Source of the DNA: Terrimicrobiaceae bacterium
GTDB lineage: Bacteria; Verrucomicrobiota; Verrucomicrobiia; Chthoniobacterales; Terrimicrobiaceae
Reading direction: 5' to 3'
Length of the DNA stretch: 35,244 nt
Assembly: GCA_041752695.1 (NCBI GenBank)
Contig: JBGSVZ010000044.1
Location: 1 to 35,244 of the forward strand
The first letter of the stretch is position 1. The number at the start of each line of letters is the position of its first letter. Under the pieces are notes generated by a model. The model saw nothing but the letters and a program-made list of their open reading frames with translations. It had not been told where the DNA came from and did not search any database. The translations under genes and the position numbers were made by a program. This document shows positions 1 to 9,805 of this stretch, piece after piece.

Positions 1-2
1 CT

Positions 3-119
3 CTCCGCCTCACCCAGCGCACCGTCAAATTCTTGCGCTGGTTGCGCGCCTCGCTCACCCGCGAGGCTCCCTGGCTCACTCTTATCGCTTCCCTTAGGCA
101 TTCTTATGCTTCCATTTAG
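3..119 (+). mobile_element. 3' end of a probable IS transposase (IS4-like, tentative); 5' part lies outside the window
   Basis: Frame 3 reads LRLTQRTVKFLRWLRASLTREAPWLTLIASLRHSYASI* (TAG 117-119), resembling from memory the C-termini of Verrucomicrobiota IS transposases. It abuts a 5'-truncated gene at about 140/141. Confidence 0.55.
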
Positions 120-140
120 CTTCTTCTTTCAACACCGTTG
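120..140. repeat. Candidate right terminal inverted repeat of the IS (CTTCTTCTTTCAACACCGTTG)
   Basis: Lies between the transposase stop and the point where beta-helix homology begins. It ends in ...TG (CA... on the reverse strand), as many IS ends do. The partner repeat is not in the window. Confidence 0.4.
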
Positions 141-850
141 CAACCGGCGGATGGACATCCCGCGGCAATATCGTGCGGCACAACTTCGTGCATCACTCCA
201 TGAATGCTAACGCCTTCTATGTGGACGATGGAGATTCCGGCGACGAATTTGTCGGAAACATCGCCTACCAGACGGAGTCGGGCGGCTTCGTCGGCGGGGG
301 GCATGATCAGATTTTCCGCAACAACATCATTATCGAAAGTCCCCGGGCGATGCACGTGGACGCCCGGGGGATTCCGCGCGGATACACGGTCGACGATCGC
401 CGACTGCGCTCCGACCTTGACTCCGTTCCCTATAACGAGCCCCCGTGGAGCGAAAAATATCCGAACCTAGTAAAGATCCTCGAAACCGACCCCTCCTACC
501 CGAGCGGTCTCATCATCGAAAACAATCTCTTCGTCCGGTGCGCCACCGCGATTCGGCAGTCGGAAAAGGGTAATGAACTGGACGGGCTGACCTTTGCCAA
601 CAATATCGAGTCAGAAGATCTCGGAATGTTTGTGAACCCGCAGGACTTTGACTTCGCCCTCAAGCTGGACGCCCCGGTCTTCGCCGAGATCCCGACTTTT
701 CAAAACATTCCAACGGAAAAGATCGGAATCTATTCTGACGTTTACCGCCCCCAGGTTCCTCCCCGCGACATGGAATTGCTGCGGACCGGCAATACGGAAC
801 GCGGTTTTGATTCGCAGACGGACGTGGATGCGTCCAACAAGAAGCCTTGA
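141..850 (+). pseudogene. 3' remnant of a right-handed parallel beta-helix protein gene
   Basis: Frame 2 reads TGGWTSRGNIVRHNFVHHS...YVDDGDSG...IGIYSDVYR, matching the C-terminal third of 19841-21997 (DWTMRGNVIRYNYMHD...PDDGASG...IGLYQDAYR). There is an in-frame TAG at 95-97 upstream, and no N-terminal region or signal peptide. Confidence 0.75.
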
Positions 851-851
851 G

Positions 852-2942
852 ATGAAATCCGAAATCTTCTTCAACGCGCATCACTCACCCGTCGGGGCCT
901 TCGCCTCATTCACCCTGGGTTTTCCCGGAGCAAAAGGAGGCCTCGGCTTGGAACTGGGTGGACCCGCCAATGAAAGTGTCTTCATCGGTCTGGAAAAGCG
1001 TTCCGGCAAGGGCTATGACGCGCTGCCATTTTTCGGAAGCAGCGCCGACTCCGCCCGGCGCTACGACCTTGGCTCAGACGCACCGCTCAAGCAGGGGATG
1101 GTCTCGGCCTGGGACGCCCGGAAAATCTCGCGTGCGTTCGGCGTCGGGTCCGACACGTGGTCAGCGGGCGACCTGACCTTTTCCATCTACTCCGCGCCCA
1201 AGTCGGTGCCGGACCCTCATACCGCCGGCAAAGCCGAACTGATGCACGCCCTCGTGCCGGCGGTTTTTGCCGAGATCACCATCGACAACACTCAGTGCAC
1301 CAAGGATCGCACAATGTTTTTCGGCTACGAGGGATCCAATCCCTACTACAACTCCCGCCGACTGGACGACGTCTCGCGCGGGAAATTCACCGGGGTCGGC
1401 CAGGGTCCTGTGACCGCGTTGGTCAGCGCCTCACCCGGAGTTTTTTCGGGTTTGGGCTTCACCTTGGATCAGGTGCTCGAGCCGGACTTTGCGGAGAACC
1501 GGACCTTCGGACTGGGCGGAGTGGGAGCGCTGCTGGCCAAGGTTCCTGCGGGAAAGAAGCAGAGTTTCCAGTTCGCCGTTTGTTTCCACCGCGAGGGAGT
1601 GGTCACGAGCGGACTGCCGACGAAATATTTTTACCATCAATATTTCCCGGCGATTGAAGACGTGGCCAAATATGCCCTCACGCATTGGGAGGGAAACAAA
1701 AAAGCCGCGCTGAAGGCCGATGCCCAGGTCTCGCGCTCGGGTCTGAATAGCGCGCAAAAATTTCAACTGTCCCATGCGGTCCGCAGCTATTACGGAGCGA
1801 CGGAATTTTTGATCACGGAGGACGGCACCGCCTTCTGGACGGTGAACGAAGGGGAATACCGGATGTTAAACACCTTCGATCTGACGGTGGATCACCTCTT
1901 TTTTGAACTCGATAGGAACCCCTGGGTTGTCCGCAACCAACTTGATTGGTTTGTGAAGAGGTACAGCTACCGAGACAAAGTCCGACTGCCCGGGGATCCC
2001 AAGGAATATCCGGGTGGACTGAGTTTCACCCACGACATGGGAATCGGGAACTGCCTTTCGCGACCGGGGTATTCGTCCTATGAAAAATTCGGGTTGGACG
2101 GATGCTTTTCGCACATGACCCATGAGCAGTTGGTTAATTGGGTCTGCTGCGCCACGAGCTACGTTCTTCAGACGGGAGACAAACCGTGGCTGAAGGCTAA
2201 TCAGCGCATTTTCCGGGACTGCCTCACCAGCCTCGTCAACCGCGACCATCCTGATCCGCGTCAGCGCGACGGAGTGATGAGCGCGGATTCCTCACGCTGC
2301 CTCGGCGGAGCCGAGATCACGACCTACGACAGCCTGGATGTGTCCCTCGGGCAGGCCCGTAACAACCTCTATCTGGCGGTGAAGACCTGGGCTGCGTATC
2401 TCGGACTTCGCGAAATGCTGGCCGGCACTCCCGCGGCCCGCCTCGCAACCACCCAGGCTGAGCGTTGCGCTCAAACCATCGCTAAAAACATGCGGGAAGA
2501 TGGTTTTATTCCCGCCGTGATGGGCGAAGGCAACGCTTCTCGGATCATTCCGGCCATCGAGGGATTGGTTTTTCCGGTCATCTGGGGCTTGAAGAATCTT
2601 CTCGCCGAGGGCGGGGAGTTTGCCGCGCTTAAGGAATCACTCGCCCAGCATCTCAAAACCGTCCTCGTGGAGGGTGTCTGCAAATTCTCAGACGGCGGCT
2701 GGAAACTAAGTTCCACGAATGACAATTCCTGGCTGAGCAAAATTTACCTTTGTCAGCACGTGCACCGGCAGATTTTCGGGGCCAAAGAAGACGAAAAGGC
2801 CGACAACGCCCATCGCGGCTGGCTCTTGGATCCGGAGAACGCGTATTTTGCCTGGAGCGACCAAATGGTTTCCGGGAAAGCCAAGGGCAGCAAATATTAT
2901 CCGCGCGGTGTCACGGCCTGGCTGTGGCTTGCGAATCATTAG
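852..2942 (+). CDS. Glycoside hydrolase family 52 beta-xylosidase (696 aa, no signal peptide)
   Basis: N-terminus FFNAHHSPVGAFASFTLG, VNEGEYRMLNTFDLTVDH (nucleophile region), EITTYDSLD (acid/base region) and C-terminal SKYYPRGVT are GH52 hallmarks. ATG at 852 follows the upstream stop by 1 nt. Confidence 0.93.
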   Translation: MKSEIFFNAHHSPVGAFASFTLGFPGAKGGLGLELGGPANESVFIGLEKRSGKGYDALPFFGSSADSARRYDLGSDAPLKQGMVSAWDARKISRAFGVGSDTWSAGDLTFSIYSAPKSVPDPHTAGKAELMHALVPAVFAEITIDNTQCTKDRTMFFGYEGSNPYYNSRRLDDVSRGKFTGVGQGPVTALVSASPGVFSGLGFTLDQVLEPDFAENRTFGLGGVGALLAKVPAGKKQSFQFAVCFHREGVVTSGLPTKYFYHQYFPAIEDVAKYALTHWEGNKKAALKADAQVSRSGLNSAQKFQLSHAVRSYYGATEFLITEDGTAFWTVNEGEYRMLNTFDLTVDHLFFELDRNPWVVRNQLDWFVKRYSYRDKVRLPGDPKEYPGGLSFTHDMGIGNCLSRPGYSSYEKFGLDGCFSHMTHEQLVNWVCCATSYVLQTGDKPWLKANQRIFRDCLTSLVNRDHPDPRQRDGVMSADSSRCLGGAEITTYDSLDVSLGQARNNLYLAVKTWAAYLGLREMLAGTPAARLATTQAERCAQTIAKNMREDGFIPAVMGEGNASRIIPAIEGLVFPVIWGLKNLLAEGGEFAALKESLAQHLKTVLVEGVCKFSDGGWKLSSTNDNSWLSKIYLCQHVHRQIFGAKEDEKADNAHRGWLLDPENAYFAWSDQMVSGKAKGSKYYPRGVTAWLWLANH

Positions 2943-2943
2943 G

Positions 2944-4446
2944 ATGAAATCTTACCCCTGGACACCCGACAACGGCGACGGTTCGTACACGAACCCCGTC
3001 ATTCACGCCGATTACTCCGACCCGGACGTCATTCGTCATGGCGACGACTTTTGGATGGTGTCCTCCAGTTTCAACTGCACACCGGGTCTGCCGGTTTTGC
3101 ATTCGAAGGACTTGGTCAACTGGCGACTGGTGAATCACGCGATCCGCCAGGTGCCCCATCCGAGCTATACGGAAGTGCGGAGCGGCTGCGGCGTCTGGGC
3201 TCCGGCGATCCGCTTCCATGCCGGAAAATTCTGGATCTTTTTTCCCATGCCCGACGAAGGCATTTATGTCACCAGTGCCACCGATCCTGCCGGACAATGG
3301 GAGGAACCGTGGTGCCTGCAGGAAGCGAAGGGATGGATCGACCCGTGTCCTTTCTGGGATGACGATGGTCAGGCCTACCTTGCTCACGCTTATGCAAATT
3401 CCCGGGCCGGGAAAAAGGAACGTATTCATTTGCGTCCGATGACCCCCGACTGTCGCCAACTTCTCGGCGAAGGGCAGGAACTTTTCCACACACCGCATCA
3501 CCTCTATCTCGAAGGCCCAAAAGTCCATAAAATCGACGGTTGGTATTATATTCTCTGTCCGGGCGGGGGCGTGCAGACGGGCTGGCAGGTCGCCTTCCGG
3601 TCGCGCAATCTTTGGGGGCCTTATGAGGAAAAGGTCGTGCTGGAACAAGGTACCACCGAGATCAATGGTCCACACCAGGGCGCATTGGTGGACCTCGCCG
3701 ATGGAACATGGTGGTTTTTACATTTCCAGGATCGAGGGCCCTTCGGCCGCATCGTCCATCTTCAGCCCGTGGAATGGCTGGACGGCTGGCCTTTGCTCGG
3801 AGAAGTCCAGGATGGACTCTGTCAGCCGGTCGCCCGCACCCGGAAACCGATTCAGGGAATCCCTGCCGAGGTTCCTGCGACCAGTGATGACTTTTCCGCC
3901 TCCACTCTCGGTCTGCAGTGGCAATGGCACGCCAACCACGAAGACACTTGGAGCTCGCTCACGCAACGCCCGGGATTCCTCCGCCTTTTTGGCGGAATCT
4001 GCCCTAAGGCGGACCTTTCCCGCTACCCGCGATTCCTTGGCCAAAAATTTCCGGCGGAAAACTTTTCCGTGGAAACCCTCCTCGATTTTTCGAACGGCAC
4101 ACCTGGCACCATCGCGGGACTGGGGGTCACCAGCGGATCCGGGTCGCATTTTCTGGGACTGCAGGCGGCCGTGGGCGCCTGCCACCTCGTTCTCGGATCC
4201 CCCGCGGGCGTCGAAGTGCTCGGAGCCGCCATGACTCCGCAGATCGTCCTCCGTGTCGCGATAGCTCCCGACGGAGCGCTGACCTTTGAGTTCGCCAAAC
4301 CCGAAGGAAACTTTGCCACCATCCCACGCCACTTCCGTGCCACGGAAGGCGGCTGGATTGGAGCCAAAGTCGGCCTCTTCCACTTCGCTCTCCAACCCTG
4401 CCTCCCGGGTCACGCCGATTTTTCCGGCTTTCGATTCGGAACCTAA
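2944..4446 (+). CDS. Glycoside hydrolase family 43 (beta-xylosidase/arabinofuranosidase type) with C-terminal beta-sandwich (500 aa)
   Basis: NPVIHADYSDPD, WAP, IDPCPFWDDDG, LEGPK and GPHQG motifs carry the D/D/E catalytic triad, followed by SDDF...LGLQWQW starting the C-terminal domain. ATG at 2944. Confidence 0.92.
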   Translation: MKSYPWTPDNGDGSYTNPVIHADYSDPDVIRHGDDFWMVSSSFNCTPGLPVLHSKDLVNWRLVNHAIRQVPHPSYTEVRSGCGVWAPAIRFHAGKFWIFFPMPDEGIYVTSATDPAGQWEEPWCLQEAKGWIDPCPFWDDDGQAYLAHAYANSRAGKKERIHLRPMTPDCRQLLGEGQELFHTPHHLYLEGPKVHKIDGWYYILCPGGGVQTGWQVAFRSRNLWGPYEEKVVLEQGTTEINGPHQGALVDLADGTWWFLHFQDRGPFGRIVHLQPVEWLDGWPLLGEVQDGLCQPVARTRKPIQGIPAEVPATSDDFSASTLGLQWQWHANHEDTWSSLTQRPGFLRLFGGICPKADLSRYPRFLGQKFPAENFSVETLLDFSNGTPGTIAGLGVTSGSGSHFLGLQAAVGACHLVLGSPAGVEVLGAAMTPQIVLRVAIAPDGALTFEFAKPEGNFATIPRHFRATEGGWIGAKVGLFHFALQPCLPGHADFSGFRFGT

Positions 4447-4513
4447 GACGTCCCCCCCTTTATTCTCGAGTGCAACTTTTCTCACTTTCCCGCAAAAACC
4501 CGCCACATTCCTC

Positions 4514-5182
4514 ATGAAAATCCCTCGTCTGATCTACACGCTGATCTTTGTCTCCTTCGCCCTTGGTCTTGTGGCAAACGTTGTGGCCGAAAGCCCGGTG
4601 GAAAGCTGGGACCTCTCCAAGTTTGTGGAAGGGCAAGCCCTCCGGGGCACAGCCGGAAACACCCTTACTCCCAAGGGAGTCGTGACCGCCACTGAAGACG
4701 GCGCGGACTTCAGCAACGGGGGCTTTTTCCTCGCTTCCCAAAACCTTGCGTCCCTCACGGGGCCATCCTTTTCCGTGGTATGCAAGGTGCGAAAGCAAGC
4801 GCCCGCCACCAGCTACGGCACAATTTTTCACTCCGCCGCCACCACCATCCGACTGCATGACAAAGTGCTGAAAATGGGCTGCAACGGAGAATGGCACGCC
4901 ATCAAGGCCGACGCTTACGACATGCCGCTCGGAGAATGGGTCCAGGTCGCGGGCACGATGGACGGAACCGTCTATCGGCTTTACGTCGATGGTCAACTCC
5001 TGGGCGAATGGTCGGCTGTTTCCCCGATGCGGACCGAGGGCGACACCACCATCGGCGGCCGCGTCCCCATCACGGAGGTCGCCGAGGGAATCAAGGCCTT
5101 CGAATCGTTCCCCGGGCTCATCCGCTCCATTCAAATCTTTGATCACCCCCTTAGTCCGGAAGCCCTCCAGGCGCTCCCATGA
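4514..5182 (+). CDS. Secreted LamG/concanavalin-like jelly-roll protein (222 aa)
   Basis: Signal peptide MKIPRLIYTLIFVSFALGLVANVVA; LamG_3-type motifs GEWVQVAGTMDGTVYRLYVDG, TIGG, FPGLIRSIQIFDHPLS. Confidence 0.8.
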   Translation: MKIPRLIYTLIFVSFALGLVANVVAESPVESWDLSKFVEGQALRGTAGNTLTPKGVVTATEDGADFSNGGFFLASQNLASLTGPSFSVVCKVRKQAPATSYGTIFHSAATTIRLHDKVLKMGCNGEWHAIKADAYDMPLGEWVQVAGTMDGTVYRLYVDGQLLGEWSAVSPMRTEGDTTIGGRVPITEVAEGIKAFESFPGLIRSIQIFDHPLSPEALQALP

Positions 5183-7158
5183 AACGAATTCTCTTTTCCC
5201 TGCTCTGCCTGACGGCTTCGGTTCGCGCCGAGCTCCGTCCGAACGGTGTTTTTGCTGACCACATGGTCTTGCAGAGAAACGCGCCGGTTCCCGTTTGGGG
5301 CACGGCCTCGCCGGGTGAGAAGGTGCAGGTTCGTTTTGCCGGGCAGGAGAAATCAGCGGTGGCGGACGAAATCGGGCGGTGGAAAATCACCTTGGACCCG
5401 CTTGTTGCCAGCGGCACGGGTGCAGAGTTCGTGATCGAAGGTTCGCAGAAGATTACCCTAAGCGATGTCCTGGTGGGCGAGGTGTGGCTGTGTTCGGGTC
5501 AATCCAACATGGCTTCTGCCATGGGCTCGCTTAAAGACAAGCCCGAGTACGCGTCCGATCTGACTTCGGCTGATTTTCCCTTGATCCGGCAGGGCACCGT
5601 GCCCCGTGAGCCGTCGGTCGAACCGGTGGCTTCGCGCCAGATTGCCTGGACAGTCTGTTCGCCTGCCACGGTCGAAAACTTCACCGCTGCCGGCTTCTAT
5701 TTCGCTCGTGAGATCCAGAAGGAACTGGGCGTTCCGGTCGGCCTGATTCTCGCCGCCTGGGGCGGAACCTCGGCAGAGAGCTGGACCAGCAAGGCGGCCC
5801 TAGACACCGTTCCCGAATTCCAGCAAAGAGCCAACGAGCAGTTAAACAATCTCTCGCAATTGCCCGAACAGATTGCCGCCTTTCCCGCCCGCCTGGCCGC
5901 GTGGGAGGAGCAAAACGGACGCAGCGAGCCGGCTGTTAGCGGAGACGCGGACACCTGGATGAACCCAGGAGGCGAGGGCTGGAGTCCGGGCAGCATCAAA
6001 GCGAAATGGCAGCAACTCGGGTTGCCGCATGGTGGCATTGCCTGGATTCGGAAGGAAGTGACCGTTCCGGCCGACCGCGCGGGCAAGGGTTTTCGACTCG
6101 ATCTGGGGATGGTCAACGAGCAGCTTGTGACGGCGTTTTGGAATGGGAAAAAGCTCGGGGAATTTGGACGGAAGGCGCCCGGGTTTTACAAAGGATATAC
6201 GCATTTCGATGTTCCGGGAAACGACGTGCGGGAGGGAAAGAATCTCCTTGCCTTTCGATTTGTGACCCACCTCGGAGACCGGCCGCCGCTGAACCGCGAC
6301 TGGGCGGGCCTCGGACTCAAAGCTTTTGGAGTTCAGAGTGAAGGCGGTGAGGTTCGGATCGAAAAAGCCTTTCCTCCCCTTAACGCCGCAGCCCTTGCCG
6401 CACGCCCCAAAGTGCCGGAAGGCAGCGCCTCCCACACGTCGTCCGGACTCTTTGGCGGAATGATAAACCCGCTCATCCCCTTTGCCATCCGCGGGGTTCT
6501 TTGGTATCAGGGAGAACAGGACGGCAGCCGCGGTCTTGCCTACCGGCAATTGCTGCCCCTCCTCATCACCGACTGGCGCAGCCGGTGGGGTCAGGGAGAT
6601 TTTCCCTTTCTCATCCAGCAATTGCCGAATTGGAAAGCAGGCAACGGTCGGGACACCAACTGGGCCGAAGTCCGCGAAGCCCAGTGGCTGACCGCGGAAA
6701 AGCTCCCCAACACCGGCATCGCTATTGCAACAGAAATCGGGGAATCTGAAAACGTCCACCCTGCCAATAAACGGGAAATCGGCCGCCGCCTGTCGCTGGT
6801 GGCACTCGACGAAGTTTATGACAAGGAACTCGTTTCCTGCGGACCAACCCTGGAATCCGCACAGCTCGGCGCGGATGGAAAATACCGCGTAAAGTTTCAC
6901 TCCAGCGGTGCGCTCAAAACCACCAACGGCGCGGCACCTGCTCTCTTTGCGGTGGCGGGCCCTGACAAAAAGTTTGTCGACGCGACAGCCATCTTGGAGG
7001 GAAATGAACTCGTCATTTCCAGCCCGGAAGTAAACGCCCCCGCTGCCTTGCGCTACGCGTGGATCAATGACACCGCCCAAGCTAATCTAACCGATGACTC
7101 CGGCCTTCCGACTGTCCCGTTCCGCACCGACTCCTGGCCGATTCGTGGTGAAAAATAA
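5179..7158 (+). CDS. Sialate O-acetylesterase-like (SASA/SGNH) carbohydrate esterase, secreted
   Basis: FADHMVLQR, GEVWLCSGQSNM, WGGTSAESW, WYQGE, VHPANK, LRYAW, PFRTD motifs; inserted sugar-binding-like domain; signal peptide. Confidence 0.9.
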   Translation: MKRILFSLLCLTASVRAELRPNGVFADHMVLQRNAPVPVWGTASPGEKVQVRFAGQEKSAVADEIGRWKITLDPLVASGTGAEFVIEGSQKITLSDVLVGEVWLCSGQSNMASAMGSLKDKPEYASDLTSADFPLIRQGTVPREPSVEPVASRQIAWTVCSPATVENFTAAGFYFAREIQKELGVPVGLILAAWGGTSAESWTSKAALDTVPEFQQRANEQLNNLSQLPEQIAAFPARLAAWEEQNGRSEPAVSGDADTWMNPGGEGWSPGSIKAKWQQLGLPHGGIAWIRKEVTVPADRAGKGFRLDLGMVNEQLVTAFWNGKKLGEFGRKAPGFYKGYTHFDVPGNDVREGKNLLAFRFVTHLGDRPPLNRDWAGLGLKAFGVQSEGGEVRIEKAFPPLNAAALAARPKVPEGSASHTSSGLFGGMINPLIPFAIRGVLWYQGEQDGSRGLAYRQLLPLLITDWRSRWGQGDFPFLIQQLPNWKAGNGRDTNWAEVREAQWLTAEKLPNTGIAIATEIGESENVHPANKREIGRRLSLVALDEVYDKELVSCGPTLESAQLGADGKYRVKFHSSGALKTTNGAAPALFAVAGPDKKFVDATAILEGNELVISSPEVNAPAALRYAWINDTAQANLTDDSGLPTVPFRTDSWPIRGEK

Positions 7159-9797
7159 TGAAAACCTCCCTCGCTCTCCTTTTTGCGGCGTCCCTGGCCA
7201 CCGTTCTTGCCGTGGACGAACCACCCGCGCAGGGAAGGTATCCGGTGGAGTCTTCCAAGTTCCGAGACAAACCCGCCGATTCTTATAGCAACTCGAAAGA
7301 TGCAAGCGGACGGACGGTTTATCCAATCTGGGGTCAGGCCCCGTTTTTTGACTTTGGATCGCGGAAGGTGGAGTTCGATCCGACCGGGATGCGTCCGATT
7401 CCGCAAGCCCCGGCTCCCGGGGTGCATCCTCGCATTTTTTTCGGTCCGGAGGAACTCCCCGCCGTGCGCGACCGACTGAAAAACACCCGAACGGGCCAGG
7501 CCGCCTGGAACAACATCCTTAGCTGGACCGAGGCGGTTAAAGGGACCTATGACGACTCCGCACCCTACGCCGCTCACGACGTGTGGAAAGGCGGGTTCGG
7601 TGGACTGCGGGGGCCGGTCCCGCTCTACCGGCTCGGCCTGCCCGAGAACCCGGGCAAATCCAAATACAATCGCAGCGAGCCCGCCGCCGCGCTTTATGAG
7701 GCGCTGGCGGACGGCACCGCGACGGAAATGCCGGACTATTATTGGAACGCTTTTGCTCTGGAAGCTTTCCGGGCCTTGATCGAGAACGATCGAGCCGCGG
7801 CCGAAAAACTGGCTGCCGCAACCATGACAGGACTCAAGCTCGGCCAGGCCAAACGCGAGGAACAACGTCGTGTCGCGCAGGCCAAAAAACCAAATGAACC
7901 CCTCCCACCCGTTGATCAGCCGATCGGACGGTTTCAACTCGCGTTTATTTACGACTTTCTCTTTCCGCATTTGAAGCCCGAGCAGAAGGACGCGTTGCGC
8001 AGCGAACTGGCCGCCACCACGTGGTCGCACGACAACTACGGCACCTTCAATACCGCGGAAAGCGCCCGCAGCAATTGGGCGACATTTTCCTACTGGCTCT
8101 ACCAGGTTCTCGCCATCGAGGGCGAGGAAGGATTTAATGACCTCAAAGTGCGCGGCATGTATCGCGGTTGGCGAAACCTGCTCACTTATGGCTGGTTTCA
8201 ATCCGGCGCCACTTTTGAGGGCGAGGCCAAAAACCAACTCGGACTCGACGGCATCCTTCTCTTCGCCAGCCGGGAGAAGGACTATGGTTTCGAAAACCTC
8301 GGAGGCCATCCCTACCTACAGGCTTATGCTCGCAAGTTTTTGCCTCATAGCATCAACCCCATGCTCAGTGGTTTCCACAAATACGATCTCCTGGGCGGCA
8401 GCCGGGCGGGCAGCGGTGGTTTTGCCCCAATGGACAGTCTCGGACTTAAGTATCTTTTCCCGGAGGATAAAGTCATCGACTGGTATTATCGAAAAACCGT
8501 CGGCGAAAACTATGAAGGAGTGCCCGATCGCCCGGACGGATATTTTAATGCCCTGCTCTTTTACGCGATCTACGCGACGGATTTTGACCCGAAAAACAAC
8601 GACCCGAAGGCGCTGAATCTCGGCCACACGTTTTTCTGCGGGGAGCGGTCGCTCCTCATGACCCGTTCGAGTTGGGAACCGGACGCCGCCATGTTGAACC
8701 TCCACACCCGAGGCGCCAACGGCGGCCATGCCTTCTCCGACCGCAACGCGATCATGGTGGCCGGAGCCGGCCGAATCTGGTCGCCGAATGGCTACTCATC
8801 CTTTCACACCAAGGAGAATAGCGTCGTTTCGATCAATGGGCGCAATCAGGACCTCAACACTCCGGCGCGCATGGTGGATTTTGTGGACACTCCCACGGCA
8901 ACCTTTGCGGTCGGTGATGCCAAGCATGCCTGGGACTGGCAGTGGAAACGTCTCGAAAAGCCAAACGGCTATTACACGAAGAAGGACATCGACGAGAAGC
9001 TGGTGAAAATCCCCGAAGGTTACCAACCGGTTCTCCAGACCATGAATGACTTCGCGTTGACCAAACTGCCGCATGAATATCTCAATCGCCCCATTTTCGA
9101 GTATTCCCACTGGATCCAGCCCGATGGTGCCCTTTCCCCGTACGTGCGAACGCCCTTATTGCCTGTCCAACACGCCATCCGCACCGCAGGGCTCATTCGT
9201 GGCAAACATCCCTACATGCTTGTCATCGACGACATCCAGGTGGACGGAAACCCTCAGCGATTTGATTGGACGCTGGCGCTCGAGCCGGACATCCAGATCG
9301 TCTCGACCACCCGCCGCAGCGACACGGAATTCGATGTGGTCCTGACCGGGTTTGACCCGGAACAAACCCTGCCCCGAACCAAAGGCAAGCCCGCTCTCCC
9401 CGCCCAATTGGAGGACCCCTCGCAGATCCTGCCCGGCCAACCCATGCTTCTGGTCCGGGTCGTGAACGCTTCGGGCAACTTGCTCGAGCCCACAATAGTC
9501 GAGGAGGCCAGCGCCACCGAACCCAAAAAATACGGACGGGTTCGTCGCCTCGTACTGACCGCCGAGTCCGTTTCGCCCGCGTTTAAGGTCCTGCTTTTCC
9601 CTTACCGTCAGGGCTCCGCTTCGTTCCCAGAAACCGAGTGGAACGCCGCGAGAGATACGCTAACCGTACAATTTGACGGACAAAAAGATACGATCGCCTT
9701 CCGACCCGCCCTCCACGGGAAGACGGATGTCCGTCTGTCCCGCGACGGCCAAATCCTCGCCGAGGTTAAGGCCCCCATGCCTCCTCCCCTGGAATAG
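7158..9797 (+). CDS. Heparinase II/III-like secreted protein, paralogue A (879 aa)
   Basis: Signal peptide; PGVHPRIFF, YDF, SNW, AIEGEEG, TRSSW, WDWQW, IDDIQ, LLFPYRQG motifs shared with 12052, 15923 and 22039. The CDS is certain; the fold call is by motif resemblance. Confidence 0.65.
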   Translation: MKTSLALLFAASLATVLAVDEPPAQGRYPVESSKFRDKPADSYSNSKDASGRTVYPIWGQAPFFDFGSRKVEFDPTGMRPIPQAPAPGVHPRIFFGPEELPAVRDRLKNTRTGQAAWNNILSWTEAVKGTYDDSAPYAAHDVWKGGFGGLRGPVPLYRLGLPENPGKSKYNRSEPAAALYEALADGTATEMPDYYWNAFALEAFRALIENDRAAAEKLAAATMTGLKLGQAKREEQRRVAQAKKPNEPLPPVDQPIGRFQLAFIYDFLFPHLKPEQKDALRSELAATTWSHDNYGTFNTAESARSNWATFSYWLYQVLAIEGEEGFNDLKVRGMYRGWRNLLTYGWFQSGATFEGEAKNQLGLDGILLFASREKDYGFENLGGHPYLQAYARKFLPHSINPMLSGFHKYDLLGGSRAGSGGFAPMDSLGLKYLFPEDKVIDWYYRKTVGENYEGVPDRPDGYFNALLFYAIYATDFDPKNNDPKALNLGHTFFCGERSLLMTRSSWEPDAAMLNLHTRGANGGHAFSDRNAIMVAGAGRIWSPNGYSSFHTKENSVVSINGRNQDLNTPARMVDFVDTPTATFAVGDAKHAWDWQWKRLEKPNGYYTKKDIDEKLVKIPEGYQPVLQTMNDFALTKLPHEYLNRPIFEYSHWIQPDGALSPYVRTPLLPVQHAIRTAGLIRGKHPYMLVIDDIQVDGNPQRFDWTLALEPDIQIVSTTRRSDTEFDVVLTGFDPEQTLPRTKGKPALPAQLEDPSQILPGQPMLLVRVVNASGNLLEPTIVEEASATEPKKYGRVRRLVLTAESVSPAFKVLLFPYRQGSASFPETEWNAARDTLTVQFDGQKDTIAFRPALHGKTDVRLSRDGQILAEVKAPMPPPLE

Positions 9798-9805
9798 TTG
9801 CCCTT

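Noticed and set aside
173..850. The 225-aa ORF as an intact gene
   Set aside because: Homology continues upstream of the GTG to about 141, and it covers only the C-terminal third of the paralogue, so it is a remnant.
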